From: an uncultured Faecalibacterium sp.
GTDB lineage: Bacteria; Bacillota; Clostridia; Oscillospirales; Acutalibacteraceae
Assembly: GCA_964397395.1 (NCBI GenBank)
Contig: CAYNIN010000001.1
Coordinates: forward strand, 1,353-65,352
Length of the DNA stretch: 64,000 bases
Reading direction: 5' to 3'
Shown: one piece after another, positions 18,405 to 28,049 of the stretch
Position numbering within the stretch: the first letter of the stretch is position 1
How the letters are laid out: the number at the start of each line of letters is the position of its first letter
Notes under the pieces: generated by a model
Databases searched by the model: none
What the model saw: the letters and a program-made list of their open reading frames with translations, nothing else
Told to the model about the DNA's origin: nothing
Program-made: the position numbers and the translations under genes

Positions 18405-19523
18405 TTATTTTATCAAAGAAATTACGATATCTGCAATTTTTTCTTTAGCATTAAGAGATGCCATTGCCTTGGCATTTTTCTCCGTAGCCTGTCTTTTTGC
18501 ATCGTCATCGGCAAGAGAAAGGAAAAGTTCGTTCATCTTTTCTTTCGTAATATCCTTTTCCTCAATAACGAGTGCCGCACCGCCTCTTACAAGCGCCATT
18601 GCATTGTGGTACTGGTGATTTTCCGAAACGTTGGGTGAGGGAATGAGAATTGACGCCTTGCCCAGAGCCTGAAGTTCCGAAAGAGATGACGCACCTGCAC
18701 GGCATATAACCACGTCAGCCGCCGCCATACATCTGTGCATATCGCTTATATATTCTCTTATTTCAACATTACTGCTGTTTTCAAGGTCAACACCTTTTTC
18801 TTTGAGTTTGTCGGGCACCCATAAACCGTACTGACCCATGGCGTGAAGGAAATAATAATTCTCGTTTTTGTGATGCTCTGAAATAATATCAACCATTGCA
18901 TTGTTGATTGTTGCCGCACCAAGACTTCCGCCCATAGAAAGAATGAGTTTCTGTGAATCTTTGATGCCGAGTTCCGCTCTGCTTATCTCTCGGTCGGCAG
19001 TGAGCATTTCTCCTCTTACGGGAAGACCCGTAACCGTAGGTGCGTTTTTGCACTGAAGATGTTTTTCTGCATCTTTTGCCGTGAGCATAACTCTGTCAAC
19101 AAGTTTTGCAAGAGCCTTATTGGTAACACCGGGAAAAGCATTCTGCTCGTGAATTGCCGTGGGTATGCCCATTTTTGCCGCCATTCTTACAACGGGACCG
19201 CTGACGTAACCGCCGAAGCCTACAACAACATCGGGGGCAAAATCTTTGATTATCTTTTTCACAGCGGCACCTGAAGTGAGAAGATACCATAAGGCAAGGA
19301 TATTTCTTACTATATTCTTCAGAGATATTTTTCTCTGGAAACCTGCAATTTTAATTGTTTTGAGTTCAAAGTCTGCCTGAGGTACAAGTTTTTCTTCCAT
19401 TTTGCCCTTTGCACCGACGAAACGTATCTGCGCATCGGGATATCTTTCTCTGATTTCACCTGCAACTGCTAAAGCAGGATTGATGTGTCCGCCCGTACCG
19501 CCTGCAGCAAATAAAACTTTCAT
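18405..19523 (-). CDS. murG: Undecaprenyldiphospho-muramoylpentapeptide beta-N-acetylglucosaminyltransferase
   Basis: AAGGTGGHINPALAV motif. I chose the ATG at 19523, 6 nt after GGGAGAG. Confidence 0.9.
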   Translation of the reverse strand: MKVLFAAGGTGGHINPALAVAGEIRERYPDAQIRFVGAKGKMEEKLVPQADFELKTIKIAGFQRKISLKNIVRNILALWYLLTSGAAVKKIIKDFAPDVVVGFGGYVSGPVVRMAAKMGIPTAIHEQNAFPGVTNKALAKLVDRVMLTAKDAEKHLQCKNAPTVTGLPVRGEMLTADREISRAELGIKDSQKLILSMGGSLGAATINNAMVDIISEHHKNENYYFLHAMGQYGLWVPDKLKEKGVDLENSSNVEIREYISDMHRCMAAADVVICRAGASSLSELQALGKASILIPSPNVSENHQYHNAMALVRGGAALVIEEKDITKEKMNELFLSLADDDAKRQATEKNAKAMASLNAKEKIADIVISLIK

Positions 19524-19542
19524 TTTTATCTCTCCCATTTTT

Positions 19543-20811
19543 TTATTCTTTTTCTATTCTTGAATTTCTTGATACCGATAAAACTATGCCCATTTCACCA
19601 AGCAGGGCAATAAGCGATGAACCGCCGTAACTGAAGAAAGGAAGTGCCATACCCGTATTGGGAATAAGGTCGGTTACAACGGCAAGGTTGATAATAACCT
19701 GCAAAGCCACCTGAATGACAACACCCATTACAAGAAGTGAGCCGAAATAGTCTTTGCTCTTTGTGGCAATAACCATACCTCTGCAAATGAGAGCGGCAAA
19801 GAGTATAAGCACGAATGCCGCACCGATAAATCCGAACTCCTCGCAGAAAATCGAAAAAACAAAGTCGTTCTGCGGTTCGGGAATGTAAAGTTGTTTCTGT
19901 ACGGAGTTGCCGAAGCCCACACCGAAAAGTCCGCCCGAACCAATGGCGTAAAGTCCGTTTACCGTCTGTCTTCTCTGGTCAACGTAAATAGGATTTGAAG
20001 GGTCGAGCCAGGCTTTGATTCTGCTTGCGGCAAAACCGAAACCTGAGATAATATCGGGGTTGATTATAACAACGGCAACAACAACCGCCATTACCGTAAC
20101 AAGTGCGGCGAAGTAGTTTCTGTTGGCACCGCTGAGCCAGGCAATCGAAATACCCAGAAGACCGATGAGAATTGTTGCCGAATAGTGCTTTTCAAGAAGA
20201 ATAAGCACACAGTAGGAAAGGGTTACAAAGGCAAGAACAAGACAAGCCTTGAAAGGTGTTTTTACATTTTTAAAAAGTTTAATTTCAAGATTGCTCAATC
20301 CGTCTTTCTGAGGAGTGAAAGCACCTCTTTTTCCCTTCGGTGCCCTGAGTGCATTTTTGAGAACACATATAAGGTAAGACATTACAATAATCAGGGACAT
20401 CTTGGCAAATTCCGAAGGCTGAAGCTGTAAAGGTCCTATATAAATCCAACGGCTTGTGCCCGTTTCATCGCCTGCACCGAGAGCAATTGTATAAACAAGA
20501 ACTGCCACCGTTATAAAGTATGCAAAAATGGCAAATCTGCCGTTATAAATTTTATAGTCAAGTTTGCTCAGGACAATCATAAACAGAAAGCCGATGAATG
20601 CATTACGCAGTTGCGAAGTGAAATAAAGATTTGCATCACCGTCATAGTATGCCGCATAAGCATAACTTGCCGAGTACATTGAAACAATACCGACAGCAAA
20701 GAGAATTAAAACAATGCAGGCAAAAACCACATCAAAACTTCCGTTCAGAAACAGATTTGTTCTGAACTTTATGTCTATATTAAAATGCTTTTTCAAAAAA
20801 CCTTTGACCAC
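19543..20811 (-). CDS. ftsW: SEDS peptidoglycan glycosyltransferase FtsW/SpoVE
   Basis: About 10 TM helices. C-terminal TGMALPFFSYGGSS SEDS motif. I chose the GTG at 20811, 6 nt after GGAGGG. The longer track ORF starts at a TTG with no RBS. Confidence 0.88.
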   Translation of the reverse strand: MVKGFLKKHFNIDIKFRTNLFLNGSFDVVFACIVLILFAVGIVSMYSASYAYAAYYDGDANLYFTSQLRNAFIGFLFMIVLSKLDYKIYNGRFAIFAYFITVAVLVYTIALGAGDETGTSRWIYIGPLQLQPSEFAKMSLIIVMSYLICVLKNALRAPKGKRGAFTPQKDGLSNLEIKLFKNVKTPFKACLVLAFVTLSYCVLILLEKHYSATILIGLLGISIAWLSGANRNYFAALVTVMAVVVAVVIINPDIISGFGFAASRIKAWLDPSNPIYVDQRRQTVNGLYAIGSGGLFGVGFGNSVQKQLYIPEPQNDFVFSIFCEEFGFIGAAFVLILFAALICRGMVIATKSKDYFGSLLVMGVVIQVALQVIINLAVVTDLIPNTGMALPFFSYGGSSLIALLGEMGIVLSVSRNSRIEKE

Positions 20812-20848
20812 AGTTTTCCCTCCTGCAAAGATATGAGATTTTAAAAAA

Positions 20849-21892
20849 TTACATGGCAACCGTTGCTTTCATTATAAGTACACCGATAACACAGCCAACA
20901 ATGCTTACGAAGGTGAACACTGCAACGATTTTATTTTCATTCCAGCCGCACATTTCAAAGTGATGATGAATGGGAGCCATTTTGAAAACTTTCTTTTTAC
21001 GGATTTTGATTGAGCCAATCTGAATAACATCGGAAAGAGCCTCGATAACATAGATTATTCCCAAAGGAAGAAGAATGAGAGGACACTCAACGGCATAGGC
21101 AAGAGCCACGACAATACCGCCAAGGAACATTGAGCCCGTGTCACCCATCATTACTTTTGCAGGATAACGGTTCCATAAAACATAACCGACACAGCCGCCT
21201 GCAAGAGCCGCACCGAGTATACCCACGGAAGTGAGGCTGAGCATAAGAGCAATAACGGTGAAAGCGACGCCGACGGGTACTGTAACAGTACCGCAAAGGC
21301 CGTCGATACCGTCGGTGAAGTTAACGGCATTGATAGCGCCGTAAATTACGCATACGCTGAAAATGCAGAAGAAAATTATTCCGCCGATACCCTCGAAGGC
21401 AACTTTGCCGTAAAAAGGAATGAACATTGAAGTGTTCTCACTTATAATAAAAGAAGCGAGATAACAACCGATGATAAGTACCTGGGGAATTGTTTTCTGG
21501 ATTTCGGTAAGACCTAAATTTCTCTTTTTAACAACCTTGATATAATCATCGGCAAAACCAACAAAGGCAAAACAGATTGCCATTAAGATGCCTGCGAAAA
21601 CTCTTGTATACTGCTGATGTCTTGTAATTTCAAGGTCTGCAAAAATCTGAAGACCCGTCACTTTGCAGATAATATACGTTACTGCTACGGAAACAAGTAT
21701 ACCTATAATAAACATAAAACCGCCCATTGTGGGAGTACCCTGTTTCTTTGCGTGCCACTTGGGACCGATATCCGTGAGAATATTCTGACCGAATTTAAGG
21801 TTGTGCAGAACGGGTATAAGCACAAATCCAAGCAGTGCCGTAACTGCAAAGGAAATTACTGCTGAAAGTATAATTGCCGATGTTGTTGTCAT
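20849..21892 (-). CDS. mraY: Phospho-N-acetylmuramoyl-pentapeptide transferase
   Basis: 347 aa. Motifs KKQGTPTMGG, NAVNFTDGIDGL and MGDTGSMFLGG. Confidence 0.93.
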   Translation of the reverse strand: MTTTSAIILSAVISFAVTALLGFVLIPVLHNLKFGQNILTDIGPKWHAKKQGTPTMGGFMFIIGILVSVAVTYIICKVTGLQIFADLEITRHQQYTRVFAGILMAICFAFVGFADDYIKVVKKRNLGLTEIQKTIPQVLIIGCYLASFIISENTSMFIPFYGKVAFEGIGGIIFFCIFSVCVIYGAINAVNFTDGIDGLCGTVTVPVGVAFTVIALMLSLTSVGILGAALAGGCVGYVLWNRYPAKVMMGDTGSMFLGGIVVALAYAVECPLILLPLGIIYVIEALSDVIQIGSIKIRKKKVFKMAPIHHHFEMCGWNENKIVAVFTFVSIVGCVIGVLIMKATVAM

Positions 21893-21925
21893 TTAAAACA
21901 TTCCTTTCAAATATGTACTTTTATT

Positions 21926-23344
21926 TTAGACTTCCGATAATATTTCTCTTACAACTTCTCTTTCGTCAAAATGAAGTTTTTCGTCTTTGATGATCTGATA
22001 GGTTTCGTGACCTTTACCTGCAAGAAGAATTATATCTTCGGGCTGAGCAATTTTCAAAGCGTAAGCAATTGCTTCACGTCTGTTTTCTTTAATATATACG
22101 GGAGTTTTTGTGTCTTTAATACCTTTTACGATATCTTCTATAATATCTCCCGGCTCCTCCCCTCTCGGATTGTCGCTTGTAACAATAACAATATCCGAAT
22201 AGGTTGAGGCGATTTCACCCATAATACTGCGTTTTTCTCTGTCCCTGTTGCCGCCGCAACCGAAAAGAGTGATTATTCTTTTGCCGTGGAAATTTCTTAA
22301 AGCAAGAATAATATTTTTAAGAGCATCGGGTGTGTGGGCGTAGTCGATTACAACCTTATAAGGCTTGTCGATTTCAACGAGTTCAAATCTGCCCTTAACA
22401 CCGTAGAAGTTTCTCATAGCCGCCGCACAGGTTTCAATGCTTACACCGAGGTTTGAACAGGTGATAATTGCCGCCATTGTGTTTGAAATGTTGAAAATAC
22501 CGGGAAGGTGAGATTTAATTCTGTGAATGAGTCCGTCGGTAACAATTGCGTAGTCCGTTATTCCGTCGCCGAATTTTATGCATTTTGCCGTATAGTCGGC
22601 ACTGTCACTTTCAAGAGAATAAGTCTTGACGGTGCAAGAAGCGGCTTTTACAAACTCATCGGCATATTCGTCGTCATAATTTATTACGGAAAGTTTGCTC
22701 TGGGTAAAGAGAATTTTCTTTGCCTCTTTGTAATTTTCCATAGTTTTGTGATAGTCAAGATGGTCTTCGGTTACATTGGTCAGTATGCCTGCCTCAAACT
22801 CAACGCCGTAAAGTCTTTGCTGAAAAAGACCTTGGGAAGAAGCCTCGATAATGCAGTACTCCGTACCGCAGGAAACCATTTCGCTGAACATTCTGTGAAG
22901 TTCAAAACTGTCGGGAGTTGTAAGAGAAGCGGGTTCTGCCTTGCCGCCGAAACGGTTTTCAACGGTGCCGAGAAGTGCACACTTGTGACCTGCAAGGGTG
23001 AGAATACTGTAAATCATATTCGTAACCGTTGTTTTGCCGTTGGTGCCCGTTACACCGATAACCTTGATTTTTCTGTTTGCGTGACCGAAAAATGCCGCCG
23101 ATAAAAGAGCGTATGCTTTTCTTGTGTCCTCAACAACAATTGTATTTTCACTTAATTTTCTCTGAGCGACAACTGCAACTGCACCCTTTTCAATTGCCTG
23201 TGCAACATAGGGTTCGCCTTTTTCGTGGCAGATAAAGAGAGTGTCTTTTTCTACCTTTCTTGAGTCGTCAGTAATATATTTTATATCAACGTCCTGTGCT
23301 TTATACATGATATTTGCATTACTAAGCAGTTGTGAAATAAGCAT
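21926..23344 (-). CDS. murE: UDP-N-acetylmuramoyl-L-alanyl-D-glutamate--2,6-diaminopimelate ligase
   Basis: ITDDSRKV, GVTGTNGKTT, and the DNPR motif (TSDNPRGEEP) associated with meso-DAP specificity. GGAGG RBS. Confidence 0.9.
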   Translation of the reverse strand: MLISQLLSNANIMYKAQDVDIKYITDDSRKVEKDTLFICHEKGEPYVAQAIEKGAVAVVAQRKLSENTIVVEDTRKAYALLSAAFFGHANRKIKVIGVTGTNGKTTVTNMIYSILTLAGHKCALLGTVENRFGGKAEPASLTTPDSFELHRMFSEMVSCGTEYCIIEASSQGLFQQRLYGVEFEAGILTNVTEDHLDYHKTMENYKEAKKILFTQSKLSVINYDDEYADEFVKAASCTVKTYSLESDSADYTAKCIKFGDGITDYAIVTDGLIHRIKSHLPGIFNISNTMAAIITCSNLGVSIETCAAAMRNFYGVKGRFELVEIDKPYKVVIDYAHTPDALKNIILALRNFHGKRIITLFGCGGNRDREKRSIMGEIASTYSDIVIVTSDNPRGEEPGDIIEDIVKGIKDTKTPVYIKENRREAIAYALKIAQPEDIILLAGKGHETYQIIKDEKLHFDEREVVREILSEV

Positions 23345-23356
23345 AAAAATCCTCCT

Positions 23357-25702
23357 TTAATCCTCATCAATTACTTCTGCTTTAAAATAAACGGTAATCT
23401 TTGAGCCTGCTTCCACCGTTGCTCCCACAGCCACATCCTGACTGTAAGAAACGGTGCCCGAAGCATCTGTGGGCCCTGAGAAAACTGCGTTAATTCCCTT
23501 TGATACGGCAAGGCTGTTTACCTGACTTACCGTAAGACCTGAAAAATCGGGGACTTCAACTTCCTGGGCTTGCATATCTGTTTCGGTATACAGAACAACT
23601 ACGCCGCCCGAGGGTATTGTCTGACCGGAAGCGGGAACCTGTGAAATAACGGTATCACCGTCACCGACAACTCTCGTCGAATAGCCTTCTGCAGCAGCGG
23701 CAACCTTTGCCTGACTGATGTTTTTGCCGATAAGAGCAGGTGTAGTTCCGCTGATTTTTTTAAGTTCACTTTCGGTGTATCTCGGTTCAATGTTGAGATA
23801 TGAGAGAGTTGAACTCATAACCTCTTTTGCAATGGGAGCGGCAAGAGCACCGCCGCCACGGATTTCACCTGCGCCGTTTTCAACGCAGATAAGTATTGCA
23901 ACCTCCGGGTCATCGGCGGGGGCAAAACAGACAAAAGAAGCAACGTAAATTTCCTGCTCTGAATTGTCGTCAAGTTTCTGTGCCGTTGCCGTCTTACCTG
24001 CCACACGGTAACCTGCAAGGTATGCGTTTTTACCCGTACCCGCCTCAACAACGGCTTCCATCATTGATGTTACCTTCTGTGAAGTGGATTCGGAAATTAC
24101 ATTTCTTACAACGGTGGGTTCTGTCTGTGAAACAATGTTACCCTCACTGTCAACAACGCTTTGCACAAGATAAGGCTTCATAAGTTTTCCGCCGTTGGCA
24201 ATTGCACAGGTTGCGGTGATAAGTTGCAAGGGAGTTATTCTGAAAGACTGACCGAACGAGGTACTTGCAAGGTCAACAATCGACATAGTTTCTGCGTTAT
24301 GAACATAGGAGTATGCTTCGTTGCCGATGTCAATACCCGTTCTTTCCGTAAAACCGAAGGCTTCAAAGTATTTCATATAGGACTCTATACCGAGTGTCTG
24401 ACCTACATTTATAAATCCGCAGTTACAGGAATTCATAAGCATCTGTGTAAGAGTCTGATAGCCGTGGGCTCTGTTGTTTGCGCAGTGATAGGTTGTGTCT
24501 GCGACTCTGTTATAGCCCACGCAGGTGTAAGTTGTGTTAAGAGAAGCCGTGCCTTCCTCGATTGCCGCAGAGGCACCGAAGATTTTGAACGTTGAGCCCG
24601 GCTCGTAAGTATCCGTTACGCAGGAACTGCTCCACTGCTCATAAAGCAGACGGCTGTATTCCGTGTTATATTCTTCACTTCCGCTTTCAAAAGTTTTAAG
24701 AAGTGACGTATCTGCATAGTCATTGAGAGTGCCAGGATTCGTAAGGTCAAAGTCGGGTTTTTCACTCATTGCAAGAATCGCACCCGTGTCAACGTCCATA
24801 ACAATACCGTAGACACTTTCGGAGTTTATACTGTTAAGTGCCTGTTCAAGTGCATTTTCAAGGTAGGATTGAATATTAGCGTCAATAGTTATAACAATGC
24901 CGTTGCCTTCACTTGCATCGAAAACCGTTTCAAAACTTGAATCGAGCACCTGACCTCTTGAGTCTTTGGCGGTAACTATTCTGCCGCTTTCACCCGTAAG
25001 GATACTGTTATAGTAACTTTCAAGACCGGTAACACCGTTGTTTTCGTCATTTACAACGCCGAGCACCGTTGAAGCAAGATGGCTCTGGGCATAAACTCTG
25101 GTACTGTCATTTTCATAGGAAAAGCAGGAAGACGGGCTTACGCTTTTCTTTTTTTCCTCTGTTGTTGTTTTGCCCCATGAGGTTGTTTCTACGCTAACGT
25201 AAAAAATATATTTTTCTTCAAGGAAAGCCTGAAGCGCTATTTTTTCAGAGGGTGTTACCTCTTTTTTAATTCGCACATACTGACTGTCCTCTTTTTTAAG
25301 AAGTTTCTTTACATCCTTTGCTTCAAGGTCAAGTATTTTTGCTATACCCTTTGCAAGATACGAGTAATATTCATTGAGATAACTTTCGTCATATTTTGAA
25401 AATAACTTTCTGATTTCGTTGGGGTTGGCACAGAGAATCCATGCCGATGTGCTTGTAACCAGAGGGGTCATATTTCGGTCATAGATTGTGCCTCTTATAG
25501 CCTCAATCGTTTCGTCATAAAGTTGACTTTCAACGGCTGCCTGACGGTATTCTTCGCCGTGAAACGCCATTATCCAACCTATTCTGCCGAGATTAACACA
25601 AAACAAAAACACAAGAAAACCCGCCACAAGACCTTTTGCCCGTTTGACAAAGGTTGTGTCGGTTTTTCTTTTAACACGGTCTTTATATAATCTGAAATAC
25701 AA
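23357..25702 (-). CDS. Class B penicillin-binding protein (FtsI/SpoVD/PBP2B-like) with two C-terminal PASTA domains
   Basis: N-terminal TM, dimerisation domain, transpeptidase motifs STFK and SCN, and K-T-A in place of KTG (AGKTATAQK). Two PASTA repeats at the C-terminus. The start is uncertain; I chose the TTG at 25702, 8 nt after GGAG. Confidence 0.88.
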   Translation of the reverse strand: MYFRLYKDRVKRKTDTTFVKRAKGLVAGFLVFLFCVNLGRIGWIMAFHGEEYRQAAVESQLYDETIEAIRGTIYDRNMTPLVTSTSAWILCANPNEIRKLFSKYDESYLNEYYSYLAKGIAKILDLEAKDVKKLLKKEDSQYVRIKKEVTPSEKIALQAFLEEKYIFYVSVETTSWGKTTTEEKKKSVSPSSCFSYENDSTRVYAQSHLASTVLGVVNDENNGVTGLESYYNSILTGESGRIVTAKDSRGQVLDSSFETVFDASEGNGIVITIDANIQSYLENALEQALNSINSESVYGIVMDVDTGAILAMSEKPDFDLTNPGTLNDYADTSLLKTFESGSEEYNTEYSRLLYEQWSSSCVTDTYEPGSTFKIFGASAAIEEGTASLNTTYTCVGYNRVADTTYHCANNRAHGYQTLTQMLMNSCNCGFINVGQTLGIESYMKYFEAFGFTERTGIDIGNEAYSYVHNAETMSIVDLASTSFGQSFRITPLQLITATCAIANGGKLMKPYLVQSVVDSEGNIVSQTEPTVVRNVISESTSQKVTSMMEAVVEAGTGKNAYLAGYRVAGKTATAQKLDDNSEQEIYVASFVCFAPADDPEVAILICVENGAGEIRGGGALAAPIAKEVMSSTLSYLNIEPRYTESELKKISGTTPALIGKNISQAKVAAAAEGYSTRVVGDGDTVISQVPASGQTIPSGGVVVLYTETDMQAQEVEVPDFSGLTVSQVNSLAVSKGINAVFSGPTDASGTVSYSQDVAVGATVEAGSKITVYFKAEVIDED

Positions 25703-25806
25703 GGAAAACACTCCTTTTTAGTTGATACGCAAAAATCTCATTAAATCCCAAAATAGGGGCTGTGTAAGTAAAGTATACTTTTAACAGTCCCCTTGTGTTA
25801 TAAAAA

Positions 25807-26271
25807 TTATTTATCTGTGTCCTTTTCTGTGCTTTGAGATAAAATTACTTGATTTCCGTTATATGAGTCAAGATAAACCTCATTGTCCGAGGTAACTTTG
25901 ACCATACCTAATTTTTCAACGGCATAAAGGTCAATATTCTGCTGCGTTCTCAAAGCCACAAGTTTTGAATTGAGTTCCTTTAATTCCGATTGACAGATAA
26001 TAAGATTACTGTTTGCGGCATTAAGGTTTCTTTTGGCGTTTTCTTTTTTGTAGTGACTGTCGCAAACAATTCCGAACATACCGATTACAAGGGCAACGGC
26101 AGCGGCAATTTTCAAAACTTGCTTCAGATCTCTTTTTTCAAGAGCAATTGCATCGGGCTTTTGCTTTTTAAGGGTCTTTAAATTTTGCTTTTCCTGTTTT
26201 TCTTCCCTGACCAGAGGTTCTGCCGTCTGCGCATAACCGTAGTCGTACTTATAAGCATTCTCTGCCGCCAT
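25807..26271 (-). CDS. ftsL: FtsL/DivIC-like septum formation protein
   Basis: 154 aa. One TM helix (IAAAVALVIGMFGIVC) followed by a coiled coil. It occupies the canonical ftsL position between rsmH and the PBP gene. I chose the ATG at 26271. Confidence 0.6.
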   Translation of the reverse strand: MAAENAYKYDYGYAQTAEPLVREEKQEKQNLKTLKKQKPDAIALEKRDLKQVLKIAAAVALVIGMFGIVCDSHYKKENAKRNLNAANSNLIICQSELKELNSKLVALRTQQNIDLYAVEKLGMVKVTSDNEVYLDSYNGNQVILSQSTEKDTDK

Positions 26272-26290
26272 CTCTCTCACCCTTTCACTG

Positions 26291-26344
26291 AAGGTGACGG
26301 GAATCGGACACGATATACCTCATATGTCCGCTTTCACGCACCTT
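26291..26344 (-). repeat. Copy B of the conserved ~55-nt intergenic stem-loop element (candidate cis-regulatory RNA) in the rsmH-ftsL spacer
   Basis: Minus-strand sequence: aaaggtgcgtgaaagcggacatatgaggtatatcgtgtccgattcccgtcaccttca. P1 is AAGGUG/CACCUU and P2 is CGGACA/UGUCCG. It ends 19 nt before the ftsL ATG. Confidence 0.5.
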
Positions 26345-26350
26345 TTTTAC

Positions 26351-27280
26351 TTACTTTATCTTTTCAACACACCGAAGTGTTGCACTTCTTGACCTTTGAT
26401 TTTCTTCAATTTCTTCCTTTGAGGGAAGCACCTTTTTAAAGGGCAGTTTACCCTCGGGCGTTTTTCCGCAAACACAAATGGGACTTGACGGGGGACACTC
26501 ACAACCCTTGCAGAAAGAAGCGAAAGCCTTTTTGACTATTCTGTCTTCTAAAGAATGGAAAGTGATTATCGCCACTCTGCCGCCCACATTAAGACTCGAG
26601 AACATATCATCCACGGTCTGACTGACTTTTTCAAGTTCGCCGTTGACTTCTATTCTCAAAGCCTGGAACACTCTTCTTGCAGGGTGACCGCCTGAACGTC
26701 TTGTTGCGGCAGGTATTGCATTTTTGATTATCTCTGCAAGGAAGGTGGTGCTTGTTATTCTTGCTTTTTCTCTTTCGTCTGTAATTGCCGCCGCAATTCT
26801 CGACGAGAACTTTTCTTCGCCGTAATCACGGAAAATTCTGACTAAATCTTTATAGGAATAGGTATTGACAACGTCTTCGGCAGACATTCCCGTCTGTGAC
26901 ATACGCATATCAAGAGGAGCGTCGTTATGATAAGAAAAGCCTCTTTCCGCTTTGTCAAGCTGATGGGAAGAAACACCTAAATCCGCAAGAACTCCGTCAA
27001 CTTTTTCTATTCCGAGATTTTCAAGGATATTCTTTAAATTTGAAAAATTATCGTGTACCACCGTAACGCACGGATGGCAACCGATTCTTTCTTTTATAAT
27101 CTCAATTGCGTCGGGGTCCTGGTCAATTGCAATAAGCCGACCGCCTTCGCCGAGATGCTTTAATATTTCACGGCTGTGTCCCGCACCGCCGCAGGTACAG
27201 TCAACGTATATGCCGTCTTTTTTTATATTCAGGGCATCAATTGTTTCCTGAAGAAGAACACTTTTATGAGAAAATTCCAT
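26351..27280 (-). CDS. rsmH: 16S rRNA (cytosine1402-N4)-methyltransferase
   Basis: 309 aa. [18 protein letters not shown] and [12 protein letters not shown] motifs. Confidence 0.93.
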   Translation of the reverse strand: MEFSHKSVLLQETIDALNIKKDGIYVDCTCGGAGHSREILKHLGEGGRLIAIDQDPDAIEIIKERIGCHPCVTVVHDNFSNLKNILENLGIEKVDGVLADLGVSSHQLDKAERGFSYHNDAPLDMRMSQTGMSAEDVVNTYSYKDLVRIFRDYGEEKFSSRIAAAITDEREKARITSTTFLAEIIKNAIPAATRRSGGHPARRVFQALRIEVNGELEKVSQTVDDMFSSLNVGGRVAIITFHSLEDRIVKKAFASFCKGCECPPSSPICVCGKTPEGKLPFKKVLPSKEEIEENQRSRSATLRCVEKIK

Positions 27281-27291
27281 AACCGCACCTC

Positions 27292-27786
27292 TTACAGTGA
27301 TGCTTCGGGAGAAGAAATGAACTTGCCCTCTGCAAGAAGATTGCGGTAAATTTCTTCTTCCTTCTTAATAGCCTGCTCGTCGGCAATATAACTGTCACTG
27401 ATGGACTGAAGATAGTTTTCATAAGTTTCGGGACTCATTACTTCAACATAGGAGCCGAAGCCGACGAAAACACACTGCTTTTCAATTCCCGCTTTTTTTG
27501 CAATCAAGGGGTTAATAACAATTCTGCCCTGACTGTCGTAGGAGGCAACGCCTGCGCCGTGATAGATTCTTGCAAGAGCCTCTCTTTTTTTAACGGGGTG
27601 GGTTATGCCGTCAACGGAGCCGAGGAAAGTTTTTTCAAATTCTTCTTTGCTGTAAAGTTGAACGGAAGGATGCTCTGAAGGAAAAATCTTATAAATGAAG
27701 TCATCGCCGAGACCGTTTCTGAACTTTGCGGGAATGAAAACTCTGTTTTTTCCGTCAAGGTTATGTTCGTATGTACCGATAAACAT
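27292..27786 (-). CDS. mraZ: Transcriptional regulator MraZ
   Basis: [23 protein letters not shown] plus a second DxxGR repeat ([11 protein letters not shown]). I chose the ATG at 27786. The upstream extension in the track lacks MraZ homology. Confidence 0.9.
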   Translation of the reverse strand: MFIGTYEHNLDGKNRVFIPAKFRNGLGDDFIYKIFPSEHPSVQLYSKEEFEKTFLGSVDGITHPVKKREALARIYHGAGVASYDSQGRIVINPLIAKKAGIEKQCVFVGFGSYVEVMSPETYENYLQSISDSYIADEQAIKKEEEIYRNLLAEGKFISSPEASL

Positions 27787-27873
27787 AACATTCAGCCTTC
27801 CTTTCTTTAAACTAAAGCAGAAGAAAGAACCTTGATTTCCACCAAAATTCCCCTTCGACCGACACAAATACAG

Positions 27874-27889
27874 TCACTTTCCCCACTTT
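27874..27889 (-). promoter_or_regulatory. Two direct AAAGTG(G/A) repeats, candidate MraZ operator
   Basis: Minus strand reads AAAGTGGggAAAGTGA, immediately downstream of the -10 box. AAAGTG-type direct repeats have been described as MraZ boxes in other Firmicutes/Mollicutes. Confidence 0.4.
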
Positions 27890-27897
27890 GTAGAAAC

Positions 27898-27926
27898 ATT
27901 ATAAACTTATACAGAAAAAAAGTCAA
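27898..27926 (-). promoter_or_regulatory. Candidate promoter of the dcw cluster (mraZ)
   Basis: Minus strand: TTGACT, 17 nt, TATAAT. Confidence 0.55.
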
Positions 27927-28049
27927 CATATAAAAGAAAAAATTTTCAGATTTTTTCCGTTGTTTTTAAAGGGAGCAAAAGGAAAAGTCCCCTTTTCATT
28001 GAGAAAAAGGGACTTTGAAATTTTCGGTGGTGAAAAGTGGGGCGGATTG

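Noticed and set aside
27787-27867. A 27-codon N-terminal extension of mraZ in the ORF track (MCRSKGNFGG...).
   Set aside because: MraZ homology begins at MFIGTYEH. The extension has no RBS and overlaps the leader and operator region.
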